A stretch of DNA of 63,173 bases, filler included, from Atractiella rhizophila (lineage: Eukaryota): assembly GCA_021432655.1 (NCBI GenBank). It is 9 parts of 9 records of this genome, joined end to end, with 100 filler letters (N's around TTAATTAATTAA, not from the genome) between each part and the next. Parts side by side here need not be neighbours in the genome. Positions count along the whole stretch, not along the records: positions 32,741 to 40,758 come from MU272175.1; positions 40,859 to 48,874 come from MU272176.1; positions 48,975 to 56,985 come from MU272177.1; 6 more parts are not named here. One strand, written 5' to 3'. Within the stretch, counting starts at the first letter, position 1. Every line of letters starts with the position of its first letter. The notes under the pieces were generated by a model. That model worked only from the letters and a program-made list of their open reading frames with translations, had not been told where the DNA came from and did not search any database. Both the position numbers and the translations under genes were made by a program. This document shows, in pieces, positions 36,907-50,265 of the stretch.

Positions 36907-37855
36907 GGATTAGTTATTTGTCATGTTCAGATTCGACGGTGCGAGGAGTGGACAAGAAGGCCAACGGTGGTGCTCTTTGATTTCTCTTTCGTGTCATAGA
37001 TGGCAGCAAGGCCGTGCAGTACAACGTGCACCGCCTACATGACGCTGCAATCATATTAATATCACATTTACCTCGTCCTCCAACCGTCCTCGCCGTCCTG
37101 CTTCGTCCCGTCCTTCAAACCGCCCAACCTCGATTGTCAAGGACGAAGTCTAGGATGGGGTGAGGACTATGGAAACCTCGTCCTGGCTGAATCCAAAAGC
37201 CGGTATGGACAAGACAACAGCCATCCCTAATTCTTGCGCCTATGTCCAAAGCGATCGAACCCAAACAACCATACTTTTTGCTCCATTTGTTCGCAAATCC
37301 CTCTTTTGTATGCCTCTCTATGATGGTGAGAATTTCGAACACCTTACTGTTATAGCTGAACAATAGAATAGGCCTCTTGGCTTATTCTGCCCTCCGTCTG
37401 AGCAGAAAAATAGATCGACCTGATCTCCTTACGACTGCCCATTCCAAACATCAAAGGTCCCTGATGCTTCTGGAGTTCCTGGGACACCTGTGTCGCCTTC
37501 CCCAACATCGATCTATCCTCCGGTACTTTATGTTCTATGGGAGGTCAGTCACAGGACGACTTCTCAAACAATGAACCTCGTCTTCGACATGGTACAACAA
37601 GCACTAACCTTTGCCAACCAGACTTTTGCGAGTTTATCTTCTACCAGACAATCCTGTGTCAGGCTGACGGTCAGCTCATAGGAAGGCTTGCAGTCGAACT
37701 GGACGGCGAGTTGAGTATGATCTGCCCAGCTTTACCTATGGCGTAAGTCCCCATTGTTGATGGCGCTGGTGTATTGCTAACAAAGAGGTTGGTCCCTTAT
37801 GCAGACTCAAAAAGAGGTCTCAATCGAATCCCTCTTTTTTCCTGCTGCTCGCAAA

Positions 37856-37976
37856 CGTCCAATGTCGTCGTGGGATTCTGACAGCACCATTATCGCTAAT
37901 AGATAGGCAGCTGCTCCGCTAATAGATAGGCAGCTGCTCATGAACGTCCAACGTCATCGTTAGGATACTGACAGCA
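37856..37976. repeat. Local duplications
   Basis: CGCTAATAGATAGGCAGCTGCTC occurs twice in tandem, flanked by two similar copies of about 33 nt (AACGTCCAA..CTGACAGCA). Confidence 0.8.
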
Positions 37977-38398
37977 ATTTTTTGCTGTCCAGCCCTCCTC
38001 TCCCTTTGGTTTTCTTCTTGGCTAGATTACGACCAATATGTCAGGCTTGCCCCCACGCATTACTGAAATGCACCATCCGAGGTCACGTGACCCACCTTAC
38101 CGTGTCATGTGATCACGTACCTACACATCGCCGCTCTGCTCTGTTCGCCGCTTTTCCATTCCTCACACAAATCGCCGCTCAGCAGACCTTATACATTTCG
38201 CCGATCTGCATCGTCTCCATTTTCGCATTATTGTCCTTTCTCACTAGTACTGCCCAGTGTATCTTATTTCCGAGTATTCCCTTTATTACTTTCCTGATCT
38301 AGCTATCTTACACGTTTCAAGCAACGTATATTACAGTTTATGGCAGTGCCTTTACTTATGTATATATACATCGCGATGAAGTGGAGGTGACCTCAGAG

Positions 38399-38521
38399 TA
38401 TTCTCTTAGGTTTACCTCCACTACAGGTTAGTCTTCTCATGCCATACTATTCTCTTAGGTTTACCACTACAGGTTAGTCTTCTCATGCCATACTATTCTC
38501 TTAGGTTTACCTCCACTACAG
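38399..38521. repeat. 49-bp minisatellite, about 2.6 units
   Basis: TATTCTCTTAGGTTTACCTCCACTACAGGTTAGTCTTCTCATGCCATAC is repeated; the second unit lacks 3 nt. Confidence 0.88.
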
Positions 38522-39495
38522 ACGCATCGCCTATCGGCGACCGCACATAGTGTCAGCCCTAACACAATAATGCCTTTCGGTTTCTCTTGCCTGCAGTTCA
38601 TATAACAGTTTCCACTCATTAACATGGTGTGGTTCTGTTTCTGTCTCTTCAAGCTGCTTTCGGTTCCATTTTAGCTCACTTTCTTACAGCAGTTCCTCTT
38701 CATCAGCTTTTTGTTTGCAGCATGAGATGGTTCTGTCTGATGTGTTAACAGCGCTTCTATTTCATCACACTCTCCGGATTATTTGAATGCTCTGGTGAAG
38801 TTTCATCACTCTCAGTTCTCAGCCTCTTGTATTTCTCTTGGTGTAGCTCTCAGTTCATCCACTCCGTAATCACAACCGTCCTGGTACAACGCTATTCGTT
38901 ATCGCTCCAAAGCTCGCACGTTCAAAAGCTAGTAGCCCCGTGAGGGGCTCGGATGTAAGTCGGTAAGTGCTGCGTGCAGCAGGAATGTCACCGGATGATC
39001 GTGAGCTCGACAAAGACCCTCCTAAACTTCGTTCAGGTCGGGGATCGAGACGAACCGAGCGTCGCTGGTTGCAATGTCTTGAGTTGCTGTATCCGACCGA
39101 GGACGGAATTGAACTTGCACCCACAGGCGATTGATTCCTGCGATTTGCGTTTACATAACGTGGAAAACAAGTTAACAGCATCGGCGTCAGGCTGAGCCAA
39201 CGCCTGCATTGCAAGTGCAACGATAACAAGTGGCATAAGAACTACCCAGAGAAAGAAAAGGAGAAAGATGTATGGATGAAGGTATGCGCCAGAATAACAC
39301 GGGATTGGTCGCTGTGTGTGTGGTTGGAGCACTGTACCGCTTGGACATCACACCGCCCGGAGTTAATTTCTACACCGCCAAACCATCGGTCGTTTAAAAA
39401 GGTATCCCCCATTCTTTTCCTCCCTTCGATCCCATCCTCCTCCTCCTTTTCGCCTCTCCTCTCCCTTTTCGCTAGCCAAGACAACAAAATTCGCC

Positions 39496-40758
39496 ATGCT
39501 CAAGCGAACAGTCACCTCCCTTATCGCCACGTCCATCTCCTCCGTCCTCGCCGTAGACATCCAGACGGCCCCTCCCCCAGATGGAATCGTTCCCTTCGGT
39601 ATCAACTCCGAGCTCGCTCCCCTCATCCAGGACCTCGTAACGACCCCCATTCAGGCGGTGAGGTACCAGAAGATCGTGGAGAGCGGAAATGGGTTCACTT
39701 TCGACTTCATTAACTCGCCCGTCAACCTATTCAACGGAAAGGGCGCGTCTTCTTCCTTTGGTTTGGAGGTGGGAGAGCTGAAGAGCGGTGTAAAGGTGGA
39801 ACTTTCACTTTGGCCGATGACAGTGACTACCCCGGAGGCATTGGCAGCGGTATGGCCTCCGTCGTCCTCGTCCTCGCAGTGAGTTGTCCTCCACGTTGCA
39901 CTCTCCTTCCTCTAAAGCTATGATGTGACAGCCATGCGCTATGATTCAACCGCATTATCAACCACGAGCGAACGAGATTGGTTACCTCATTTCCGGAGGT
40001 CCCATGCGGTGGGCCACTCAATTTGAGGCTGGAGGACCTCTCGACTACGAGTTCCTCCAAGTCGGACAAGCTCTTATGGTGCGTTTTTTACTCTTCCATC
40101 TCAGCGTAATCCAAAGATATTGAAGAGAATTGCAGCTGCCTAAGGGATCTATGCACTATGGTCTCGTCCTGGGTTGCGACCCTACCCTTGTGTTGGCCGC
40201 TTTCGAGTATGTCTTTACTAACCCCATTGTATGGCATTGTTGAGTTGACAAAAATGATCAGTGTGGAGGACCCTGGATTCAACTTGGTCCCCTTCGCCTT
40301 CTGGGGCTTCGACGACGAGGCCATTGCCGCCTCTGAGGGAACATACGGTGTCCAACCCGTAGACTGTAAGTTTTCCGCTTCTCTCAAAAATGTGACAGGC
40401 AATAACGTCAGATGGTCTCTAGTCTCCCAGTTCCCGCAACCGCTCAACTTGGGCGCCCAACAATGTCTCGACCGCTGCGGCATCGACCGTTCCGCCTTCG
40501 ATGTCGGACAGACGACCAAGCTCCAACTCATGCAAGCCTCCTTCACCGCTTACGCCAAGCGAGTCCTTGCCGGCAACCTCTCCACCTTCGAGCCTCTGCC
40601 AGACCTCGACCTCACCCAGACTACTCGCACCAACCAAGGACCGTATAGCAACTATGGTATCCCTGAAGTAGCCACCGCCGCCAGGTTAGTATTCTCCTGC
40701 CTTCCATCATCACAACTAACTGACGATTCGATTCTGCAACACAGCGGTCCAGGGTCCA
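39496..40758 (+). CDS. Secreted germin/spherulin-like cupin, 3' truncated
   Basis: Signal peptide, FTFDF, PCAMIQPHYQPRANE (cupin motif 1), PKGSMHY (motif 2), AAFDVEDPG and CLDRCGI. Confidence 0.8.
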
Positions 40759-40858
40759 NNNNNNNNNNNNNNNNNNNNNNNNNNNNNNNNNNNNNNNNNN
40801 NNTTAATTAATTAANNNNNNNNNNNNNNNNNNNNNNNNNNNNNNNNNNNNNNNNNNNN

Positions 40859-42699
40859 GATTGATGTGTAGCGCAACGGAAGACGTAGTCCGTTCCGAGC
40901 TGGAAGAAATATAGTTGGCGCAGAGAAGTAGGACAATAAGGAAACATACATCGTCCAAAGCGTCCCTTGTGGCATCGGCGTCTCCCGAGTATGGTGCAGC
41001 GGTGTCAGGGTCATATTTAGCGGAAGATACTATGTTGTCTGCTCGATATTGAGGGGGAGCAAGAAGAGCCGAGACAACAGGGGCAAAATAGGCAGACGGA
41101 AGGGGAGATGAAGAGACTGAGCTCTCAACGGTAGCACATTCTAAACTTGAAGATTCAGAGAAATAAAGCAAATGAGTGACGGGACGCACGCTCATTTGCT
41201 ACTGTCGTGAAGATACCCTTTCGATTCTTCCTTGACAGTCCTCCATTCAGGCCATTCATGAGGTGACTAAACTCCCCGGTAACGAAAGCACCATCAACGA
41301 CCGGATTGTAAACCTGCCCTCAAATCAACTTGTGTGATTCCTACGAACATGAACGCAGTACCTGACCAACTGAGACGGAGGAGTCGACGTAGTGAGCATT
41401 GTAGATGACATTATCCTGAGCCGAAAGAAGGTCGGCCACGGTCTTGCTCCGCAAGCACGCAAGGTCGGTACAGGCAACTTCAGTTAGGGTCATAGTGCCA
41501 ACAGATTCAGCGGTCGCAATGGTTTGGTCGGGGTAGTCAAATGTCCCTGAGTGCGCGATGAATTGGTTAAAAAGGCTGTCGGAGGACGAAACAGCGAGTT
41601 GAGTTTTGACCTTTGTCAACGAATGAGATCGCATCTGGATACAAAAGAGTGAAAACAGACCATGGAAGCTCCAGAGCTTTGACCAGCCAGTGTCACTTTT
41701 GCTGGATCTCCACCATATGCGGCGATGTTTGACTGAACCCATTCTGAGAAAAGTCGGCAGTGATCAGCATACAGAGATTTGGAACCGCAGGTTGGAAGGC
41801 GTACGAAGAGCAAGCTGTACATCGCGGGTGCCGTAATTGCCATCCACTCCAATCCCACTAGCTCGGAGGAATCCTAGCATTCCAAGGCGGTATTGCACGA
41901 AGATGACTATTGTTCCGGTTGCAGCAACCTTGCTGCCGTCGAGTCCTTTGGATAGTCAGCTCGCAAACAGTATGTTAGGAGGAGAGGACAAACCAGGGTT
42001 CATGATTCCCCCAGAAGCAAAGGATCCGCCATGCACCCTAACTTCCCTCTTGAGCGAGGAAGAGAACTTAGGAGGAGAAGAAAATGGACCAAATCATGAC
42101 AGGCAAGTTGGAGTTGGCATCCGCATTTCGAGGAGTGTACACCGTCAACCAGAGACAGTCCTCGTTATTGGAAGGCAGAGAAGGATTGTAGTAGTTGGTT
42201 TGAGGACAGGAATTAGGAGTCACCGTTCCATCAAATCTATGAACAATAATATTTGTCACTCTGTAGAACTGGAAGTGCAAGATACTCACACTCCAGAGTA
42301 CGAGGTCACTGCAACAGGGTTTGCGAATCTTAGGGCACCGACAGGAGGCTGGGCATAAGGAGTGGAGAACCTATCACATCCATCATGGTTAACAACGAAA
42401 ACGTTGAGACCTGGTGTCTACAAACCTCCTGGCGATCAGGTTCCGGACCCCCTTGATCTGACCCAATGGAGTAGAAATGGTGATGGTCGAAGAGCCTTGC
42501 CGTCTCTGTACCCCTTGCACCTGGCCAACAGGTGCTCCATGAGCTCGAAACCATTGAGGTCGGAGCGCTGTCCCATTCGATGGAAAGGCTGGAACAGCCA
42601 AGCTGATTAAGAGGGAAACATGAGCACATCATCTTCGAAGGATGGAGAGAGACCTCACGCGAATGGCACAAAGAGAGCAATGAGGGTTGTAATCAACAT
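40859..42699 (-). CDS. Secreted type-B carboxylesterase/lipase, 3' truncated
   Basis: [16 protein letters not shown] signal peptide; [41 protein letters not shown] and [17 protein letters not shown] (GxSxG nucleophile). Confidence 0.92.
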
Positions 42700-44190
42700 G
42701 CTAATTCAGTCTGTGAAGTGCTTGTAGAGCGTAGGAACAGACTGGAAGCGATTGGAAACAGTCGAAATGACGACTGATGACCAGGAAGAAGGGAAACGAG
42801 AGGCCCTTTTATAGCTTTGGGCTCAAGCATGGTCCTTGTTTAACCGAGCACGGCTGAGAAGAAAGAGCACGCTCTTGCGTTGAACCCAGGCTGCCAATTC
42901 ATTCTCGGAGCGAGCGAAAATCATCAAACCTCCCGATGCGTCGAAGAAACAGAAGTGAGAAGAATTAGAAATTCGAAAGCTCGGATGATTCTGCGATGGA
43001 ATTTCATGGGAGGAGGCTGCAAACCGGTGCTCTGGGATTGGGTCTTTACAGTTTTGCTGAGATCCCTTTGTACCAAATCTAGCGACGAGGCGCACAGACG
43101 CTTAATTTGCCTTGGTGGGATGTAGAATTAACCGTTGAACTGATGTTTCTAAACTCTGCCCATTTGCTTGCGCATTGACAGTGTTAGAGTTTGTGTAGGA
43201 TTTTGATTTTCGTGGATTATCGTCACAGCTTCCGCATAACCAGAACGTTGAGTCCCAGGCATAGAACTTAGAACAGAAAACAGAAAAGGCGACCGGGAAG
43301 GTTGAGAGAACAAAGAGTCGCTCAACTCTGATTTGTTTGCATCCTCGGCATAGAGGAAGGCACAGAAAGATAAGGATTATCAGAATGTTAGACTCTGATG
43401 AGACAGGCTGCGAGGAGAATAATGGAACAGCAAGCTTGAACCAGACAAGGAAAGGAACAAGGAACTTGGTTGAGGACACATAACTGGGCTTCTACTGTTA
43501 CTCTGTGATATGATCTCCGGTATGAATAGGAGATTCGAGCCAGAATCTTGCCCGTTTCATACGTTATCGGATTCCTGAGCTCAGCTGAGCTTAGGGTTAT
43601 GCTAAGTTTGATGGTCAGTGCCAAAGCGTCGTCTGAATTCTCTGAAGCATATGAGATCAAAAGGTTCCAAACCTGCTGTGGTTGAGGCAGCAGAGGGGTT
43701 GAAACTCAAACTCACTCGATGCCAGGTGTCTATTCCACCAAGGCCGCATTTCGCTCGAAGCCTCATACCTTCACCGGGATCGTGGGCGAGTGCCAAGTGT
43801 TGCATGTCGCTGATAAAGGGCATTAGCAGATAGCTGGAGCTATGAGTTGGAAGTGGTGTCATTTCATGGCCACCACTCATAACCCTTAATAGCTGTTCTT
43901 CCTTTTTTCAGCTTTTTGTCACTTTGCTGCCAGTCAGAAGGTGGTTTGAGCAAACATCGAGTACAGTAGTAGCATGTAACCCGATGGAGAGTACGCTGCC
44001 GAAGCAACAACTAAAACGTTGTGATGTGGCGCTGAACAAACATATGGATCTTGATTTACCGTCACACCAATACCTGAACGCTCCTGTACATTTGCGTCTG
44101 GGTTTGAAAGGAGCTTGCTATTGACAAGCGACAGAGGACTTGGCAAGCTGGATTGTCGCAAGAAATATACTAATGGGAAAGGATGCAGAT

Positions 44191-46409
44191 TCACCTGAAT
44201 TGGCGCATAAAGTTGCTAGGAATAGAACCGCTTTCGTGAAAACTCAGCTTCTTTCCTATCCACCAGCCATCTTGCTCGTTCATGTAAGTTCCAGTAATAG
44301 CCAACATGTCTCCCTTTTTGAATCGAAGGTCTCCATGCCTCTCCGAGCTGAAATCATATAAAGCTAGTGCTGTTTCCAATCAGGATCCACATCAACGCAC
44401 AAGAATGATGAAGCTACCATAGAAGAGAATGAGTTCCTCAAACGACGCGCGATGACCTTCGCTCCTCGTCTGGATTCTTCTAACAAAATTACTTGGGATG
44501 TCCCCATGCATGGAAAAGCGACAGCGAACCCCTACAATACTTCAACATGGGGCGATAACAGACACAAATGTACTTACCCTCCCACCAGCCAGTATCTCTG
44601 ACGGCAGTAACGCCAACGACATCCCCTCTTTCGAGTCTCAAGTCTCCTTCCTCGTCACCGAACCACGAATAAAGAGCTTCGGCTGGAAAACATTAGTCCT
44701 CCTCCATCGGCACAATCATAATACGGACCATAGAAAAGAATTGTGGTATCAAATGTCCATGTTCGGTCTTCCACAGTTTCCAAAGGCCAATCCCGTTCCT
44801 CAACTCCTTCGAATTGTTCTCTGAGCTCAGACTCAGGGAAATGATCTGTTAATCGCGTAAAATAAGCCTGTGCTTCCTGGAGATGTTCTTCCTCCCAATC
44901 TCCGAAGAAAAGATGTAGGCGGAATTCGAAGAGGTCGTCCGTTTCGAAAATGATATCGAAAAAGTCCGTGAAGCCTTGAAAATCCATCGAGCACCATTTG
45001 ATTTGTACCTTCTGCCATGTTAAGCGTCTCTGCGAAACTGCCCTTCTCATAGCGAGGAAAAAATCTGGGGAGACGACATGGCTATTGTCGTGACCACCGT
45101 CAAGATCGATATCTGTGATACTGGAGAAGTTATGTAGTTGAATTGCTTGCTGGAGGCGACTGGAGAGGATAATATCAAGATCATCTGGGTGGAAAGAAGA
45201 AAAGTGGACGACCAGAGCCTGCAGACTTTCTTGATGTCGAGCATTAAAAACAACATCTTCAAGTGGAGCGGGAACCGGCCAACAATATGATAGCTCAAGA
45301 AACTGCAAACCCTGAAATTCTGCAATTGACAGGCATTCAATGAAGCTAGGTCGGTTAATGTCGCAACCTTGAATAACAAGCTTACGCAAAGAGTTGTATT
45401 TGCTTGAAAATCGTCGCCTCCTGTTAAAAACAAAATCGGACAATCCCAATAGCACAAGTGCCTTCCAAGGTTCGTTCCCTTTGGTGTTCCTCAAGAACCA
45501 GGAAACATCCTCCATCGTCCAACCTAAACAAGAGTAGTTACAACGCCCTGTAACCTCTAACTCCGAGAGCTTGATTAGAAAGGTTAAGCTCTCCAAAACG
45601 TCTATCTTCCTAAACCATATTCGAGGGCAATGATATAGGGCTACTCTGGATACATTTGGAGCAGCAGAGACCAATGTTTTCACATCGACGTCGTCCTCGT
45701 CGTCACGGGAGGTATAAAGTATGTTCTTCCAAAGCCGTCCAGAGCAAGGCAACCGCTTCAGTCGTTGCGCTTTTTGACGGCTGCTCGACGGTTCCTTCAA
45801 GTAAGGTGACCAAGTATGGAGCCACTTTCGACAAACGAGAGGGATTGATAAAAAATCAACAACCTCCTCCGTTAGTAGGAGATTGAAATAGCAAAAAATC
45901 GCTTCTAGTAATTCATCGGGCAAGCGAGCGATAGGAGATTGAAAAGAATGAAGCTGAAGTTGGACGAAGTGATGCGCATGCATGCTTTGTTCATACGTTC
46001 CGTCACGATCAGCGACTTTTCGGATTCTTCCTTGCACCGACAGCAGTGAGGTAAGGTAGAAGGACTGCGTTTCCTTTACGTCCAAAACTATCTCTTGATC
46101 GAACTGTTCGAAAGGTTTTCGTGAACTAACGATGCCAAGGTGGCTTCCTTGTCCATTGAGCTCCGTATGGCGATGATCTTGAAGCAATGTAAGATAGAGA
46201 CGATGAGCAATCTGACTAGGAATGGAGACAGATATAACGCTGGAGGCTCGATGTTGGAAGGATCGGGAGGCAGGGTGGACTAATATGACGAGTTTCTTGA
46301 GCGTCAATTGCCGGATGAGCTGTGGACTGATGTGGACACCGATGAAGTATGCAGGCGAGCTGTTCCCGCTGTTGGGATACCATTCGGAGCATAAGATATG
46401 GCTCGCCAT
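44191..46409 (-). CDS. F-box/LRR protein followed by two SH3 domains (1-nt frameshift at 44687-44690; true ends uncertain)
   Basis: IARLPDELLEAIF F-box and LRR-like region; SH3-1 AEALYSWFGDEEGDLRLERGDVV..GWWEG..GDIPSNFV; SH3-2 ALALYDF..GDLRFKKGD..GWWIG..GSIPSNFM. Confidence 0.7.
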
Positions 46410-48169
46410 AGAAAATCATGATCCCTGCAATGCCAGCAACATTCAGCAAAGAAGTTGTGAATCTTGCACCATGTACATACAGTAGGAGTCTGCTCTGCGA
46501 TCCTCTCCCAATTCTACTCGCAAGCGGTCGCTACTCAGGGAATAAGCTGCAAAAGTGAAGGTGTTTCGTAAAGGCAATTCTCGGACCTCCACCTTGCTGC
46601 GGACGGCTTTAGTGGGACGAAATTCAACTTGATCGTGGCAGATCATGTTGTTCCTCATAAGCAAATGCGCGTCTACATGGCAATTAATCCTACGGAAGCA
46701 ATTCATAGTGAGTTGTTTTAACAAACCACAACGCAGGTAGAAATACAACAGGATGCAATGTGTTCGTGGTTGGACAAAAAAGGAATGTACTACACAGTGA
46801 ATATAGGCAACGAATAGACGAAGAAGAGTTGCAGCAGATTAAAATAGGCACGATATTGCTTGTTCTATTAGACACGAACCATGTGCTCCTCATTCTGTTG
46901 AACCGTTCCGATGGCGAGAACGTTCGAGAACGTGCCTCGCAGCCAAGCCATTAGCTTAGAGAGAAGAACAGTTTGGTGGTACCTTCATGACCATCCTCTG
47001 TAATCGCACGGACCATGACCGATAGATTTTCCCCTTGTGTGCAAAGATAGGAAGAAGTTCGAAAGCAAACTGCTCTGGATACGGCGTCTGTATTTCGCGA
47101 AATGACCTCCCACCTGGTCTGATCATTTGCCATTAGCATTGACCCAGAGCTCATAGCTCGAGGCCCATGTCGAACCTCGCCATACGAATTTGCTGCCACT
47201 CTCAAGGAGCAAGACTTCTGGAGCGTTAGTAGTCAGATCAGGCAGTATTGCATCGCACATTCCCTCACCCTGTGGGGATCAGAATTTGCAGGCTACGGAC
47301 GAAAACTTTACAATTTACAATATTTTGTGCAATAAAGTCGAAACTATAGAAAAAGCCTGGTATTGCACGTTAGTGAAATTCCTTTGCATCTGCTATACCT
47401 AGTATGCGTTCTAAGTTCTACGTCACAGCCACAAGCTCGAAGTACTGAACTCTATTACACCAACGGAGCAAAAGGTACAGAAGATACGTTTGTCGAGACA
47501 GGAGTTCAAGAGAAGAATCTAAGAAGATGCTAATTTATCAGACGAAGCGGCGCTGAAGGCAACATTGAGTTGCAATCATGTGCATGACGTGAAATGTCTG
47601 CATATCTTCAAGAAAAGCGTTCGTAAGCCACTTCAACGGAGCCACTTCGAAGCTGCGAAAACATGCTTCGAGAACATGAGAAAACACAGAGACTTCGAGC
47701 CGATTCCCATTTCCGCGATCACCACAGCATGAGGAAGGAAGGCAGAGACGCAGACGGGAGGATCCCAGAAGAAGTGCCATTTGGAAGCCCCTACCAAGAT
47801 TACTCTGTGTCTTCATCTGTAAACATCGCGTTCATTTGCGATATGTTCATTTGATCCATGAGACTAATTCACTTTCAAATTCATTGGAGCCTACAGGACT
47901 GAACCAGGCCTTGCCTTTGTTCGAAGCAGATTCTTTGGTGAGAATGAAAATTTCATGATGAGTTCGCAGTAGGTTTTGGCGTTGCATCGGGAAATAGCCT
48001 GATGTATCACAGCAGAGGTTGTTGTGAAAGTAAGTCTGAGTTATTATAACAGAAGTTATTGTAAAGGGGAAGCGGCATATGGAGTCGATCTCAGAAAATG
48101 ACCAACTTGCGATGACTATCCGCTAGTCCTGACGAACCAGACTAACCTGTTGAGATAAATTTGCACATT

Positions 48170-48873
48170 GATGCAGAGGCTTGCGGTCCCTTACTCTCGC
48201 TGGCCCTCGCTCCTTCGCGCAATGTCGTCTCTTCACCCGAATCCACAGATATCAGCTGCCCAAGTCAGGCCGCACACTCCCCCGACGCCTCCTCTGCCTC
48301 CGACTGCTGCACTAAAGAAGTTCAAACCTGAGCCAACTGCCAAAGGCCATCGCAATGAAAGGAAAGGGAATGTGAAGAAGAAAGGGAAAGGGAAGAAGGG
48401 GAAAGGAAAGGACCTCGATCCAGTGCTCGAGAAGGTATTAGAGAGCTATTTTGGACCATTGGCTAGCTGGACTCAGGAGGAAGACGACGCGTTGGACGCA
48501 AGAGAGCCGAATAAAGGAGAGGTAATGAGGGGCAGAGTCAGCGATCTTACGCCTTCCGGTAACCATTTGTTTCTTGCTTTTAACACCTAACTGATATTCT
48601 CTTCTCCGGAAGGGGATGGCATCGTACCGATCTATGCTTCAGCTTCCACTTCGTTGATAGATACAGCAGACGGGGCTAGGGTGGGAACACCAGATTGGCT
48701 CGTTTTCGTGCCGTTCTCCCTTCCGGAAGAAGAAGTGGAATACAAAATATACCGTCACGAAGCACAGTTAAAACACAGCTTCGCCGATCTTGTCACCGTG
48801 AGCCTCTCTCTTCGTACTTTCAGCCTCTTCGCTCAATTCGCTCATGTTTTGTGCGATTAGGTTGTCAAGCGCA
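48170..48873 (+). CDS. TRM2: TRM2-like tRNA (uracil-5)-methyltransferase, N-terminal TRAM domain, 3' truncated
   Basis: Lys-rich N-terminus followed by VSDLTPSGDGI..VFVPFSLPEEEVEYKIYR..SFADLVTVV, the TRAM pattern of the Trm2/RlmD family. The catalytic domain is not in the window. Confidence 0.65.
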
Positions 48874-49617
48874 ANNNNNNNNNNNNNNNNNNNNNNNNNN
48901 NNNNNNNNNNNNNNNNNNTTAATTAATTAANNNNNNNNNNNNNNNNNNNNNNNNNNNNNNNNNNNNNNNNNNNNGTCGTATCGGCGAAATTGAGTTTCGA
49001 CTGAGCGACTTAAACCCTTCGTTAGCCCAAGAGGCCTATGACAATTCCAATTATGATGCATATTCCGTTTCTTCTTCGAGCAGCAGCGATAGTGAGGAGT
49101 CAGTCCAGAGTGGTGATTTTGATCTCTGAAATGTATGCGTTTTGCGTCTCCGTATTAGCGGCGAATTGCCGGGCGGCGACAGATGTAAATGTGTCGTAGT
49201 GGCAAAAGGATTGTAGTGAGTGGGGAGAACAAAGGCAAGGGTGATGCAGGACTCACACTCCCCTGTCTAGGGGAGGACCCTCAGGCGTTCCTCCCACTAG
49301 CTACCCAAGCTTATTTTGGAGCTCGCAACCAAACAGGCCTGGGCCACGCGCTCGTGGACACAACGCGCAGTATAACGGGTCGGCGATTTGCAAGCTCGCC
49401 GCCGGTCTGTCTTCTTTGTGGAAGAATGTGTTGTCGAGCGAACAAACATGGGGAAGCAAAGATAAAAGCAAAAATAGGAACCAATAAACGTCAAAATCAG
49501 AACAGAGTGTAGGACGAGGGGAAGCCTTTGTGTACCTCGTAATGGAGGGATTTTTTGAAGTTTGACCGGTGTTGTTTTGGTGCAGTAAGCAACCATTTGT
49601 GAAAATGGGTTGAGTAA

Positions 49618-49975
49618 CTCACCAACAAACCGGTCGCCGATCTGTCCGTTGAGGAACAGACCGGCGCCTCGCCTAGACCTATGTTCAACAATGTGACTAG
49701 GGATTCACCCAGCGAGGCGTGTAGAGGAGTAGGACCTCTTAAAGTGAGGGGGAGGGGACCTCGCGATTGAGGGCGATTTTTGTAAATGCGACATTGGTGA
49801 TGGTGCAAGAACGCAATGAGCATTCGTCTTTGACGGGCGACGAATGGACTCACCAACGACCAAGTCGCCGACTTGTCCGTTGAGGAACAAGTCGGCGCCT
49901 TGCCTTGACCTAAGTATCAAAGACTAGGATTTCACCCGGCAAGGCATATAGGGGTGTTGGACCCCTTAAAGTGAG
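49618..49975. repeat. Two diverged copies of a structured element of about 130 nt (49618-49748 and 49849-49975)
   Basis: Aligned copies share stems with four compensatory base-pair changes. Confidence 0.8.
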
Positions 49976-50073
49976 GAAAACCCTTCAGCGCGTTTTCATC
50001 GAAAATTACAGAAACGCGCATTTGGGCGATTTTTGGCGCAGTTCGGTATGGAATCGGGACGAACTGCGACAGG

Positions 50074-50265
50074 GTGTGCAGTGTGATAGTCTTTTATGGC
50101 ATCCTGTGAGTTTTCTAGATCTGTGATGTTGATCCACTCGTCCTCAGATGGTGAATACCCTTTGTATCAGTGTGCAGTGTGATAGTCTTTTATGGCATCC
50201 TGTGAGTTTTCTAGATCTGTGATGTTGATCCACTCGTCCTCAGATGGTGAATACCCTTTGTATCA
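50074..50265. repeat. Exact 96-bp tandem duplication of the chromodomain 3' half
   Basis: 50074-50169 is identical to 50170-50265. Confidence 0.92.
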
